A stretch of DNA of 64,000 nt from NCBI RefSeq assembly GCF_036588685.1, contig NC_086375.1, positions 33,046,001-33,110,000 on the forward strand, given 5' to 3'. Under the pieces are notes generated by a model. That model worked only from the letters and a program-made list of their open reading frames with translations, did not search any database and was not told the DNA's origin. Position numbers and translations under genes: made by a program. Shown here in pieces: positions 1 to 13,088 of this stretch. The stretch comes from Mytilus trossulus. Taxonomy: Eukaryota. How positions within the stretch are numbered: the stretch's first letter is position 1; each line of letters starts with the position of its first letter.

Positions 1-473
1 CCCGACTCATATACTACACACTGATATTCTTAAACCCGTTTTACGTTGGGACAAATCACCCTCTTTTACCTTGCTAGACCATTTATCTTAAAACGAAAAT
101 ATACAATAGGATAAAGGCACATTATTTCGAAACCGATTCAGAGCATGTGCTAGGTACTGGATGCTAGATAAGGAAATTAGATACCACCGCTCAAAATGCT
201 TTTGCTTTAAATAATTCGTTGTGTATGTTTTTGTATACATGTTGATGGTATGACTCATGTCTACATAAATGTATAGGGTTGATATCTTCAACATATAGTT
301 AAACCATACACATATACATATGCATGCCAGGATTTTTTTCAGAGGTTGTCTTGCTGTAATTCTTGACTTTTTTGCCGTTTTTGACATATGCAACTTTGAT
401 AGATAATCATCGATAGCTTTGAAAACTATAAATACTAGTAGCTTTTATGAATTCTGTATCATATAACAAACTA

Positions 474-883
474 CATCTTCTGACATCTGACTCGGACTTC
501 TCTTGAACTGAATTTTAATGTACGTATTGTTATGCGTTTACTTTTCTACATTGGTTAGAGGTATAGGGGGAGGGTTGAGATCTCACAATCATGTTTAACC
601 CCGCCGCATTTTTGCGCCTGTCCCAAGTCAGGAGCCTCTGGTCCTTGTTAGTCTTGTTTTATTTTAATTTTAGTTTCTTGTGTACAATTTGGAAATTAGT
701 ATGGCGTTCATTAATTATCACTGAACTAGTATATATTTGTTTAGGGGCCAGCTGAAGGACGCTTCCGGGTGCGGGAATTTCTCGCTACATTGAAGACCTG
801 TTGGTGACCTTCTGCTGTTGTTTTTTTATTTGGTCGGGTTGTTGTCTCTTTGACACATTCCCCATTTCCATTCTCAATTTTAT
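474..883 (+). mobile_element. Dispersed repeat family 1 (probable 3' end of a retroelement or non-autonomous derivative)
   Basis: Near-identical copies at ~32210-32575 and ~63125-63520; partial copies at ~39520-39830, 44900-44970, 47500-47535 (-) and 57760-57880 (-). Shared end ...CACATTCCCCATTTCCATTCTCAATT. Confidence 0.75.
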
Positions 884-891
884 TTGATATA

Positions 892-1053
892 CTGTGAAAC
901 CTGTTTAAACCGAACCTCTTACGGACTTAAGATTTTGTTCGGTTTAATCAGGTTCACAACCACGCATGCATTTGGTATGACTATGCTTAAAAACATGTTT
1001 GGTTTATTCAGGTTTTCGGTTTATGCAGGATTTTTTACATCCAGGTTTCACTG
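892..1053. mobile_element. MITE with TA flanks (Tc1/mariner-type ends)
   Basis: Ends C(T)GTGAAACCTG ... CAGGTTTCACTG are inverted repeats, flanked by TA at 890-891 and 1054-1055. Confidence 0.6.
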
Positions 1054-2173
1054 TATTATAGACACCTGTCTAAATTAGAGGAACTTAAGGTGTCTTTTAT
1101 ATTTATTTTTTGTCGATGGTTGTTGTTATATTGACCGTATGTAAGGAGTATCTGGTCAATTAGACACCTACCATTTAATATGAATAAAAAGAGATATGAA
1201 ATATATAGAGTACATCTCATTTTTTTCAATTTAAAGAACACATTCAATGGCTAGAATTAAATCACTTGGAAATTATAGTTAATTTTTTTCAAGTTAAAAA
1301 AACATACATTGAAAATTTGTTTTAGTTACATTAAAATGTTTACTGTTTTGCTTGTGACTGTGTATCGAGTGTTTATATTTTTCGACTAGTATTTGTCAGA
1401 CGACCCAAAATCGAAACACTTTATTGCATAAATATAAATATTTCATTTCTATTGAACACACACGTTTAGGTTTTCACAGCAAGCTGTTTATTAACAGAAA
1501 AATGAAAAGTAAATTTATTTAACTGTTTAAAGGCCCTTTATGAAACATGCGCCCATAGTATACTTATCCTTATGATATATCCGATCTACATGTTCATTTA
1601 ATGCCATTTAAAATGTAAACATGACATTTATTTGTCAATTATCAATGCAGACATATAATTTACATTTTGATCAACAAAAAAACCTGTATTAAAATTGTCA
1701 TTTACATATTATCGCATTTTGAAACGTATGTTTAAGATTATTTAGATACGGTATATGGAACACTGGGATTATATTTTTCACGATAAAACCAATCGATGTG
1801 CTTCAAAAATGACATTTGATTGATGAATTGATTGATTGTTGTTTAACGTGACGTCTGCACGGAACAGCATGTATCGCCACGAGAGTCTGCAATTTGACCG
1901 TCATCAATAATTTAGAATTCTATATAACTATGAAGAAATAAGTTTTTGATTACTGTAAGTGTCTCAGCAGATCGATCAGCTTGTTAGTAAGTTAACAAAA
2001 TGTACTGCATGTGAGATGACAAAATGACACACAAGACATTGTTTAATATCAGCGACTTTGCAAATGACGTTTTGTCACTCAGCAACGTTTTTAATCAATA
2101 TATACTCCACAAGTCAAATAATAATTAATGACATAATAAGAAAACTAATACTATTAAAAGTACTTTTAAAGTT

Positions 2174-4613
2174 TTATTTTCCGACAAATTTATTTGGATT
2201 AAACAGATCGTACTGAAGTCCTTTTCCCATTGACCCGGAAGATGATCCTGAATTTGTTCCACTCATGAACTGAGATGGGTTCATCATATTTGATTGAGAC
2301 ATCATCTGTTGATTCAGCTTATTTGGGTCAAAACTTCCTGTCGATCCACCACTGGAACTTCCACTCTGAGAGCTACTGCTTGACGATCCACCAGATCCGC
2401 CTGAACTTCCACTTTGAGAACTACTGCTTGATGAACCCCCAGATCCGCCTGAACTTCCACTTTGAGAGCTACTGCTTGATGAACCACCTGACGCTCCTGA
2501 ACTCATCTGTAAACTTCCAGAACCCATTTGCGAACCCCCTGAACCCATCTGTGAACTACCAGATCCACCACCTGAACTCATTTGTGATCCTCCAGAGCCC
2601 ATCTGTGAACTACCAGAACCCATCTGTGAACCACCTGAACTCGTTTGTGATCCACTGCTAGAACTTCCACTGGAGCCGCCATTCATAAACATCGACGGAT
2701 CTATCTTATTTTTTTCTGGACTATTAAGTGCATTTGGATCAAACCCTCCTGACCCACCACTTGAACCACTACTCATAGAACTACCGCCACTGCCCATGGA
2801 GCTACTACCGCCACTGCCCATAGAACTACTACCACCACTACCAATAGAACTGCTAACGCCACTGCCCATAGAACTACTACCGCCACTACCCATAGAACTA
2901 CTACCACCACTGCCAATAGAACTACCACCACTTCCCATAGAACTGCCAGTTGGTTTACTGTTGGCGATTTGTTTCAGATTCTGTTGTAACATTTGATTGT
3001 TCAAAGCTGAAGGATTGAATCCACCACTCATAGAACTGCTACCACTGCCCATGGAGCTACTACCGCCACTGCCCATAGAACTACTACCACCACTACCGCC
3101 ACTGCCCATAGAACTACTACCGCCACTACTAATAGAACTACTACCACCACTGCCAATAGAACTACCACCACTTCCCATAGAACTGCCTGTTGGTTTACTG
3201 TTGGCGATTTGTTTCAGATTCTGTTGTAACATTTGATTGTTCAAAGCTGAAGGATCGAATCCACCACTACCCGAAGACTTTCCACCTCCACTACTACCCG
3301 AAGACATTCCACCTCCACCAGAACTTTGTGATTGTGCTCCCCCACTTCCAGCACTTTGCTGTTGCTGAGGCATCTGACTGTTCATGGCATTTGGATTAAA
3401 TGTTCCTGTTGATCCGCCAGAACCTTGTGGTTGTGATCCACCAGAACTTTGTGATTGTGCCCCTCCACTTCCAGCACTTTGCTGTTGCTGAGGCATCTGA
3501 CTGTTCAGGGCATTCGGATTAAATATTCCTGTTGAACCACTTCCTGACGACTGTTGTGATCCACCAGAACTTTGCGGTTGTGCTCCACCGCCACTAGCAC
3601 TTTGCTGTTGCTGAGGAATATTACTGTTTAGGGCATTTGGGTCGAATGTTCCAGTTGCAGAACTACCAGACTTCTGTCCGTTCATGGTCTGTGGGGACTT
3701 TTGTTGTGATGTCATTGTATTTACAGCATTCGGGTCAAAAGTTGCACTTCCTCCACTTGACTGTTGTCCTGATGAACTACCAGATGACTGTTGTGAACTA
3801 CTTGATAATGCCTGACTTGTTTGTTGTGATTGCTGTTTAAATAAAGCATTTGGATCAAAAGTACCCATAGATCCACTACTTGACCCTCCTGATTGTCCAG
3901 AACCACCAGTAGATGCTACACTTCCGGAACCACCAGACGATGCTACACTTCCGGTACCCTTCAGGTACGATTGTACCGACTGCGACTGTTGTTGATACAG
4001 AGCATTTGGGTCGAAATTTCCGAGATTAGTTGCTCGCCTTGCATTTTCTGAAAGAAAGATATCATTGAATATGTTGACTTGTAATAAAGGGAACGGTTAC
4101 TTACTTCACTTATATTTACAATAGTCTTACAGAGTCTGAAAGGCACAGATTTTATAGTGTTACATAATCTGAAAACAAGTTTAATTCTATATAATATGAA
4201 TCCCCCCCTCCCAAAAAACCCCCCGATCCATTACATCATTGTGGGTATCTAGCACCCATAAAGTGTTTATACCACATATATCATAAACCATAGTTCCAAA
4301 TACACGTAGTTAAAAAAGCCGGTGTCTCGGTTTAGTGGAATGGTAACTACACCTGTGAGAAACTATATGTAAAACAACATCGGTTGTCTTTGTTTGGTTG
4401 GGTTTTTATCTCATTGACATTTACACTTATCCATCGTCTAAACTAGTAGACAATACAAGAAGCATTGGCTAATGGATCTCAAAGACATGACAAATTGACA
4501 AATCAGTGCTATTTTGTTTTGTCGAAGGCAAAAAAGTACAAAAACTTACCTCTATAAACTGGAGATCCATGAACGCAACATACTACCAGCAGTACAACTG
4601 TAGCCGTCTTCAT
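2174..4613 (-). CDS. Gene A: secreted Gly/Ser/Gln/Met-rich FDPN-motif protein, ~645 aa; exons 4613-4550 and 4047-2174
   Basis: Exon 1 reads MKTATVVLLVVCCVHGSPVYR (signal-like) with a G|GTAAGT donor. Acceptor TTCTTTCAG| at 4048 joins in frame to ORF 2174-3868 (ENARRATNLGNFDPNAL...). Many FDPN/FNPN motifs; ends FVGK-stop. Confidence 0.85.
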
Positions 4614-5998
4614 GACGATAAAAGAGGGTGAACAATTTAAAATTTGGTCTTAAATTATATTGACGAAACACCTGTCATCCCACAGAACCTTAATCTTGGA
4701 CGTATGACTTTAAACTAAAGATAACTGATAGATGACCTTTCAGGACATGAAGATATAATTTGGTTTACACAGCAACAATTTGATTCCAATTTTTCTTTTT
4801 ACATTCATCAAAATCCAGTACAGATATTTATTTCAAAATCATGACTCGGAAAGGAATGACGTATTGTTTTCACATTTGTCTATTGTTGAAAACCGTAAGT
4901 TGCATCTCTCGTTGCTTTTTGTGACTCGCGTGTTTTTTTAACTTGCTTTCTCTTTCACATTTATTTTTTTGTAAATACGACCATATCTTATTGATATAAA
5001 AAAGACTAGTTGTAAAAAGATTGAAGACAACTATTTTTAATTTCATTGACAAAGGAGGAGCGAAAGATACCAGAGGGACAGTCAAACTCAAAGATCGAAA
5101 ATAAACTGACAATGCCATGGCTTAAAAAGAAAAGACAAACAGACAAGTGTTTAAAAAACCCACTTTTATTAGATTAATTGTTTACTGAAAAGCTATAAAA
5201 GGAATAAGGGTTATACGTAGAGGAGGGAGCAACTCAACTACATCAAACATACATTTTATGCAGAATCGCAAAGAAAAACCACACAGTACAACAGAGCACA
5301 TCAACCACCAGCACCCGACTCCCTCATTGAAATCAGATACTAATATACAAACCAAGACAAACACACGCATGTTATAGAATTGGCACAAGTACATTATATA
5401 TGTGATTAGGTTAAAGCAGATTAACGGGTGCAAAAAACACCCTTTCACTTTCTATACCATCTGACATAAAATCAAAACACACAAATTAAAACCGTCACAA
5501 TGCAGCTACCATCAGGATGTTCAGTAGCATGAACAAGAAAATAAAACACGGCACATAATTTGGAATTCTGGGTCAAAATGTACTCGCTACTACAGGCAAT
5601 TAAGGTAGCTGCAGCTTTTGATATCTACTGAAGATACCAACTTGGGAGAGAATCTTACTTCTGAAATCAATCCATTAATTCAATATCCTTCAACTTCATA
5701 CTTTATTTTGACTTTTATCGCTTTTGATTCGAGCGTCACTGAAGAGTCCTTTGCAGATAAAATACGCGCTGCATGGTGTGCTTAATCATAAACTTGTTTA
5801 GTGTGTCAATCGAAGCAGGTGAATATGTTCCTATACATCTGTGGTTTACAATGGCCACTTGAACGCGAGTCTTGTTTAGTCCCTATGTTTAATTCATTAT
5901 GGTCTAATTTATGAATATTAGATATAAAATGTAGATATTGATCAATAATTAGACAAAATTTAGTATTTAGCTTTTTAATGACATACGATTGAACGATA

Positions 5999-6780
5999 TC
6001 ACTTAAATGTCCTTTTCCCGATAAACTTTCCGGGATCAATGAAGCTAAAACTGGAACTATTTCCACCAGAACTGAATGGATTGGTAAACTGTTGAGGAGT
6101 AAAATTTCCACCGGAAGTAGATGAACTGTTCCTAGATGAACCAGCACCACCGGTACCCCCGGTCCCTTTAAAGAACTGTGAAGGATCGATGAAACTTGGC
6201 ATGAAGTTTGGGTTGGTGTTGTTGCCATTCTGTTGAAATGAAGGATTCATGAATTGCTGTGGTTGAAAATTGGTTCCACTGGATGTAAAGTTTGGATTTA
6301 TAAACTGGTTTGGTGAAAGTTGTGGATTAGTGTTGGAAGTCTGTCTTTTTTCTGTAAATAAAACATGAAATACGTTGTTAGTTATTTTATTGGACCCTTT
6401 TTCCCTCTGATTATTTATAGCGATGTAAGGCATACAAAGTCGAAATCAACTGATTGACTATTATTATATCGCCTCTGTGCAGTCTTGTGCATGTATACGA
6501 ATCTACAACCAGTGTATGCGAATCTACAACCAGTGTTTATTGTTGTCAGTATAAATTTGAAAGTGTTGTATATCCGTACTTGAGTTTTTATACACCACAC
6601 ATACAAAAGAAACATTTATCCATAGTATATAGCTAGAGTCTCAGAAAAGCTCTAAAATATATGAAATTACGTCTCTACAAAATCAATAGAAAGTAGGAGT
6701 AAAAAAAAAATCCACCTACCTACAGATGGTCTGCCAATAACCACAGAAACCAAAAGAAGGAACATTACATAAGACGACAT
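5999..6780 (-). CDS. Gene B: small secreted Asn/Gln/Phe/Pro-rich FxNP-motif precursor, ~137 aa; exons 6780-6720 and 6351-5999
   Basis: Exon 1 reads MSSYVMFLLLVSVVIGRPSV with a G|GTAGGT donor. Acceptor TTTACAG| gives E-K-R-QTSNTNPQ... in the frame of ORF 5999-6433. Ends KFIGKRTFK. Confidence 0.85.
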
Positions 6781-8132
6781 CTTCCAAGTCTATCCAGGAA
6801 CAATAGTAAAAACATGAAAATACTAGTATCTTAACAAGTTGTAAAATAATCTTTGCATCTGTCAAAACTGCTGCCCCAATGGTCTATAATATCATTCATT
6901 TATATTTCACCTGTTGGGTCATGCATTTAAAAAAAAACTAAGTTAAATTGGTTATCTAGGGCGACATTTTCTTTTTAATTTTAGAACAGAAAAGAAGGGT
7001 TTTGAGTTATATAATCATAGATCCATAATACACAATCGCTTAATAAACTAGCGTTATTGGCTTTGCTCATCGTTGACGGCCGTACTATGACCTACAGTTG
7101 TTAATGTCTGTGTCATTTGGTCTCATGTGGAGAGTTGTCTCATTAGCAATCATACAACATCTTCTTTTTTTATAGACAAGCTTTCATCGTTGTTTTTTTT
7201 TAATCATACACCGGACTGTTCAAAATGTAAAGATTATCCTTAAAACCAGTGGGCAGTAGTGCGGACCTTATTCCTTTTTTTCTCTCTCGATAAAGCTACA
7301 CATTCTGACACATAGGCCGGGTAATAAGTGTAACTTTATCGACTTTTAGGTCGACATTCAGCAGAACCGGTGCTTGACAGTTACATTTTGGTTCATGATT
7401 GCCTGTTCAAATTGCTCTCCTTAGTCATAAGAATTGAGATCAGATTTCTGGTTCGCCGTAAAAAAAAACCAACCTGAATCATCCACTCTGATCCAAAAAA
7501 AAATCTCGCTTGATTATATTATCTTCTTTGAAAGAAATTCGCACACACCAAATCGAGAATATTAGTTACACAGTGTTAAATTGTTCCTATACATTTCGTG
7601 TTAGGACAATTGGACACTGTGTAATGAATTTATCCTGATTTTGTTATATTATCTATACTATTAAACGAGAAGACCTCATTTTGGGTGTCGCTTCTCTTCT
7701 TTCCACAATAAATTAATCATCATGCCTCTGTGTCCTATGGGTACAGTGCATAATCGCATTTGTCATCCATTCATATGATTATTCAGATTGTGTTATTTTG
7801 GGTGAAAAACGAGAAAAAAGACGTCCGGATATGTTTCCGTCATTGGGCGAAATTTTAAGTCAGATTATACTTCCGGTTTCCGTTTTTCTGTATACTTTTA
7901 TTTAATAGAAAGGGTCTGAATAATATATCTATGACCGCTGTGGATCAATTATTAAACTGAGAATTGACTGTAAAACGAACGTCTGGAACGGGTGTTTTTT
8001 AAGATCAGATTGTCCATTTCGGGATCCGGGATTTCTCTTTCGGGATATCGAGATATCTAATTTGTATAATAAATTCAGAACGTAGGGATTTCATTTTTTT
8101 AAGCCCGGGATATTGGGATCAGGACCCCTCCG

Positions 8133-8277
8133 CAGTGGCGGATCCAGAAATTTTCATATGCAGGTGCCCGTTGACTGCCTAAGAGGGGCTGGCTCCGGTC
8201 ATGCTTCAGTGATTCCCTATATAAACAACCAATTATTTTCCAGAAAAAGGGGGGTGGGCCCCCTAAATCCGCCTCTG
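8133..8277. mobile_element. Short GC-rich-ended MITE nested in Helitron 1
   Basis: CAGTGGCGGAT...ATCCGCCTCTG inverted ends; similar element at ~56961-57080. Confidence 0.55.
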
Positions 8278-8482
8278 CCCCGACCCCCTTTAATGAATGT
8301 TCATAATATACAGATAAGCGCTAAAATTATTCATCTGTCATTAAAATTAATAGAGAACAAACAAAAAAAAATATTTTTTTGTGGAAAAAGGAGGAGCCGG
8401 GCTAGAAAATAATTATCCTGTACCAAATTACCTATGACTTTTGATACCTTTTCTGAAATTCTCAAGACACTAAATGTTTTAC

Positions 8483-8750
8483 AAAAAAAAGAAGATGTGG
8501 TATGAATGCCAATGAGACAGCTCTCCACAAGAGACCAAAATGACACCGAAATTAACATGTAAAGGTCACCTTACGGCCTTCGACAATAAGCAAAAGCTGA
8601 TACTGCATAGTCTGATATAAAAGGCCCCGAAATGACAATGTAAAACAATTCAAATGAGAAAACTAACAGCCTTTTTTATGTACAAAAAAAAGAACGAAAA
8701 ACAAATATCACTGAACCACTGAATTACAGGCTCCTGACTGGAATGTGCAT
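8483..8750 (+). repeat. Dispersed repeat family 2 (AGAAGATGTGGTATGAxTGCCAATGAGACA head)
   Basis: Copies at ~7065-7170 (-), 10690-10735 (-), 11750-11935 (-), 20135, 33440 and 37175-37470. Confidence 0.7.
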
Positions 8751-8988
8751 AATACATGTGCACTAAATGTATGTTCATAATGAAATTAATAGAAAACAAA
8801 AAATGGGAATTTTGGAAATAAAGGAGGAGGGTTAAAAAAACATTTTCCTGTCCCCAAGTACCTATGACTTTTGATACTTTTCCTGAAATTCTCAAGTCAT
8901 TAAATCTTTTACAAAATTCTTCCTACAACACTTTACATCCTTTCAAATACGCTCTGAATGCCCGCGATTTCGCGGGTGTGTTCTAGTA

Positions 8989-9472
8989 TCTATAATACTA
9001 AAAAGACGAGGTCCAATTTGTCAGCCGTCATCACGTAAAATCGACGAATCAAAGAATTCGACTTTATACACAACTAATATAGTACAAAGGTGTAGATTAA
9101 AAATTACATCACTCCAGGTCCTTTTGTTTTCCACGTAATTAATATTGCCAATAATTAAGAAGTTCCGGGTCGAGTCCGATACCGATACCAATAGTATATT
9201 CACCTGTTACCTATTACCTTATCTGTACGTTCCCCGCATCTGACAGGCGCACCATCAAACGGTGTATTCAGGATTAATATGCCATATACACGGGTAATTG
9301 ATAAGTTCCAGTTCGACGGGTTCAAACAGAAAGATTTGAAAGCAGAGAAAACTGTGTATCTTAAAATCGGCATGACTTTATCAGATGACAATACTAATAC
9401 TAAAATAAGGCTTGCGCATAGTTATAGACTTTAATTCAGTCACGGACCCGCGATATCACGGGTGTGCTCTAG
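8989..9472 (+). mobile_element. Non-autonomous Helitron 2
   Basis: 5' A|TCTATAATAC; 3' hairpin ACCCGCGATATCACGGGT followed by CTAG|T. Begins two bases after Helitron 1. Confidence 0.75.
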
Positions 9473-12400
9473 TATCATTATATTCAAATTCAATATTAGG
9501 ACAATATCAGCCAATCAAATTGCGAGAAATTACACTAAATCAGGATAAATTGTCATATTCAATTTTAAATTTAATACTGTAAAAGAAGATTGATTGATTG
9601 ATTGTTGGTTGCTTAACGTCCAGTGGCTGTAAAAGAAGATATCTATAGAATGTATAAATGGTATATATATGTATATACACTGTCATACAACAAATGACTT
9701 CTAAATACATAATAATTATTTGAATAATTGTAGGAGAATTTTAACCCAAATTACACCTTATTTATATTCAATTGTAATGAAACCTTTAATGTATAAACCT
9801 TTTATACTTTTAAATACTTCGTTTTAGGTAAAGAAAAATCATAATTGATCCAAAGTGCAATTTGAGTCATATTTAACATGCAATAGAAATTTTAAACTGA
9901 CAACCTTTATACTCCACGTGATGAAAGTAGTGCATAATTGATGATGTTCTCGAACTTATTGATAACTCAAAATTTGTTGACTAGGTTGAACTAATCTATC
10001 CGATCGCACTCGATAAAGGATACAAAAGATACAGCAAAGTCAGCCTCCTATCTTGACCTAAATGTAAAAATTGTCAAGAGGGTCGGAGGAAAACAACGAC
10101 AAATGAGATGATTTTAGCTTCCAACTGGTGTACTGTTATTTGTCTTTCTACCTTTTATTTGCCATGGCGTTGTCAGTTTATTTTGATTGATGAATTTGAA
10201 TGTCCTTTTGCTAACTGTCACATCGCTTTTCCGTATAAAGAGTATACAATTTTACTAGATGAAGTACAGCTTCAAAGTGTTTCTGTTAGATACATTGCTA
10301 GAGATCAGGTTTCTGTGTGACGTAATTGCTTCCCTTTTTAGTAGATGCTTAGACAGTTTTGTTAGTGATTGAGCTTAGTAAGTACTTCTTTAGCTCATTT
10401 GGTTAAAGCACTGCCTTGTTACAACGACGTCACGGTGGAAAGAAAGTTGATTTTGTGTTTAGAATCATGCTCTCCGATTACACGTGTATGCCTACGCCTT
10501 GGCAATAAAAACGACAAATACAAACAGCAGTATACAAAACAGAACATATTTATCTGAAGACAAAGCAACAAAAACAACGCCCCGGAAGGGTAAGCAAAGG
10601 TCCTGCTCCACTTGTTTCACCCGTCGTGTTACTCCTATAACATAGATCAACAGTAGGCACCACATAATAGTGGATTGGTAATTGACTTGTGGATAGTTGT
10701 CTCATTGGCAATCATACCACATCTTCGTTTTTATATCTTATCGAGACATTGCCACTTTTATAAACCAGCGTTCAAGTAAATTTTCTAACTCTGAAGTTTT
10801 GCCAAATATGAAATTTTAAAATTAAAACACATTTTCCAAGACAATAAGATAGACTGGTTGATAACGGTATAAACAACAGGCATTCAAAAATAAAAAATAA
10901 ACATAAAAGAACAACAATCATAACTAAAGCAAGAGTTGCAAAATACAATTAAAAAATACAAGCGGTGACGTCACGTGCTCCTAACGGATAAACATATCTT
11001 GCTTTACACGTGAAACCCATTGTGTTGCTCATGAAAGTACCCCTGCAAGGATATATTTACTAGTAATTTTGTTAAGATTTAGATGTTATGATTTTTTTTC
11101 TGGGTTCGTGACATACTATGTAAGTATAAGTGTTAAAGTGCACTTTGCCACTGGACACTAAGCAACCAACAAACAATCATATTACAGAACACGAAAAATA
11201 CAATATTAAATAAACCAAACAAAGGTTTTATTATTTTATAATTTATATGAACAAAAGATACCAAAAAATCCTTCTTTGTGAACTTTTGTGAAAAAAAAGT
11301 GTCTCAATATTTTGGCCCTACCTCTCCTAATATTTGTAGATGTATAAACACAGCTTCGAAGGTATGTCTTTCTACTTTTATCACCGCGTTTCCACAGTCC
11401 TTATCAGTTGGAAATGATTACCCTTTACGGTCACCTATATTTAAGTGAACTTTTGTTTAAGGTTTTAATTCGAATTATAAAACTTTCAGGTTGTTTCCAG
11501 TTTCTTTATCATGCTTATATGAGAATGCAGATTATCAGCAATAATTTAGTTCCACCATGTTTCTATTGTAATCAATGCAGCGAAATGGTACCTTTACATG
11601 TATACGCTCTTGTTCCATTTCTAAATCGATTTTAGGTTTTGACTCTTTCCCAAGTGTGGTTTTATGCAGAAAATAGTTTATAAGGTCTACCTTTTAACAT
11701 GTCCTGTAGTTTGGTGGTAGTCTTTAGTTCGTGTCTGACACACTCGTAAATTGTTTTGTTATAAATCGATTAATTTGTTCCATATCGGGACCATTTATAG
11801 CCGACTTTATATATTGTTTGCATTTTTCTCTTTGATGAAGGCCGCATGGTTGCTTATAATTGCCTACACCAACTTCATTTGATCTTTGATGGATAGTTGT
11901 CTCATCAGTTATCATATCACATCTTCTTATTTTTATATGACTGCTTTATTTAAAATACAATAATGACTGAAGGAACTAGACAACAGAATTAAAAATATTT
12001 AGAAATTAGTTACAGTATACAGTAGTCCTATAATATAAGACTCTGGAGGTTCATATCATTTACATTCAACGTTTTTTATCGGATTTTTTTTTTTACTATC
12101 AATGTTGAACCCCAGAGTCTTATAAAATTTGTAACTTTTTCTCGTAGCAAAAATTTAAATTAATAATCCACTGCCAAAACAAATAAAATTATTAGGAACA
12201 ACCTAAATATGAATGAAAGTAACTTCTTACCGCATAAATAGTTTGAAATAATGTTACTAATCCATCACTTTTATCCTCAGTTGGCAAACAATTTTCTTCT
12301 CGCCATTTTATTTCAAATATTTGCGCCGATTCATAAATTTATGGATTTCGTGAATGAAACGAATTTGACGATATTATCTATAATCAGTATAGTACAACGT

Positions 12401-12805
12401 ACGAAAACACGACCAATTACTGTAATAGTGTCATGCAATTGATCTATACATTAAAGGCGGTGAGAGAATACAATTGGGGTTTACAGAATAGAGAACAATT
12501 GGCCAAAACATAAGTAATAGAAAATATGGGTTCTATTTTTTTTTTAAACTTGATGAAATGCCCGCCCCAAGAAAAAAAAAGTATAAGTACATTGTTTACA
12601 GTTGAAAGGAATAATGTCCAAAATACAGTCATAATGTATCAACAGATTAGTTAAAAATATGTTTAAACATAAATTGTAGGTATAACTTATCATTAATAGT
12701 TCGTACCCAATAATTCTTGTAGGCTAGTCAGTCAATCGTCGGTGAAATCTAGTATGTTGTGAGAGCTGGTGATACATGTCCTTCAAAATACTAGTTCATA
12801 CAACA

Positions 12806-12957
12806 GTGAGCGAGCCAATTCTCATTCACCGAAAGTTCTCTTGTCCAATTGTAAAGCATCAGCCGCAATAAATTTCTAGTTGTAAGAGCGGGGCGATAAA
12901 TTTATTTCAGAATACGAGTTCATTCACCGGGGTGAGCGAGCCAATTCTCATTCACCA
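12806..12957 (-). repeat. Left internal copy (~1.2 units) of the 126-bp repeat, inverted relative to the right array
   Basis: GTGAGCGAGCCAATTCTCATTCACC occurs twice and is the reverse complement of the unit at 19114-19770. Confidence 0.85.
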
Positions 12958-13088
12958 AACGTTATCGTGCATGTATCAATAGAAATAAATAATAGCTGGC
13001 GAAGCAACATTTGCATTGCAAAAATCGAGTTGTTACAAAGAATATAAGCAAGTTGTTAGAGAAGACAGTTGAGAAAAAATCGTCAATT

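Larger units (their letters stand above)
7652..8986 (+). mobile_element. Non-autonomous Helitron 1 (with nested MITE and repeat)
   Basis: 5' A|TCTATACTA; 3' hairpin CCCGCGA-TT-TCGCGGG followed by CTAG|T. This is the canonical Helitron signature with no TSD. The 5' end is less certain than the 3' end. Confidence 0.7.

Noticed and set aside
2796-3236. Plus-strand ELLPPLPI-repeat ORFs (also 21436-21717, 24733-25218, 41947-42291 and 51339-51659)
   Set aside because: Antisense shadows of the Gly/Ser repeat exons; splice signals and signal exons support the opposite strand.
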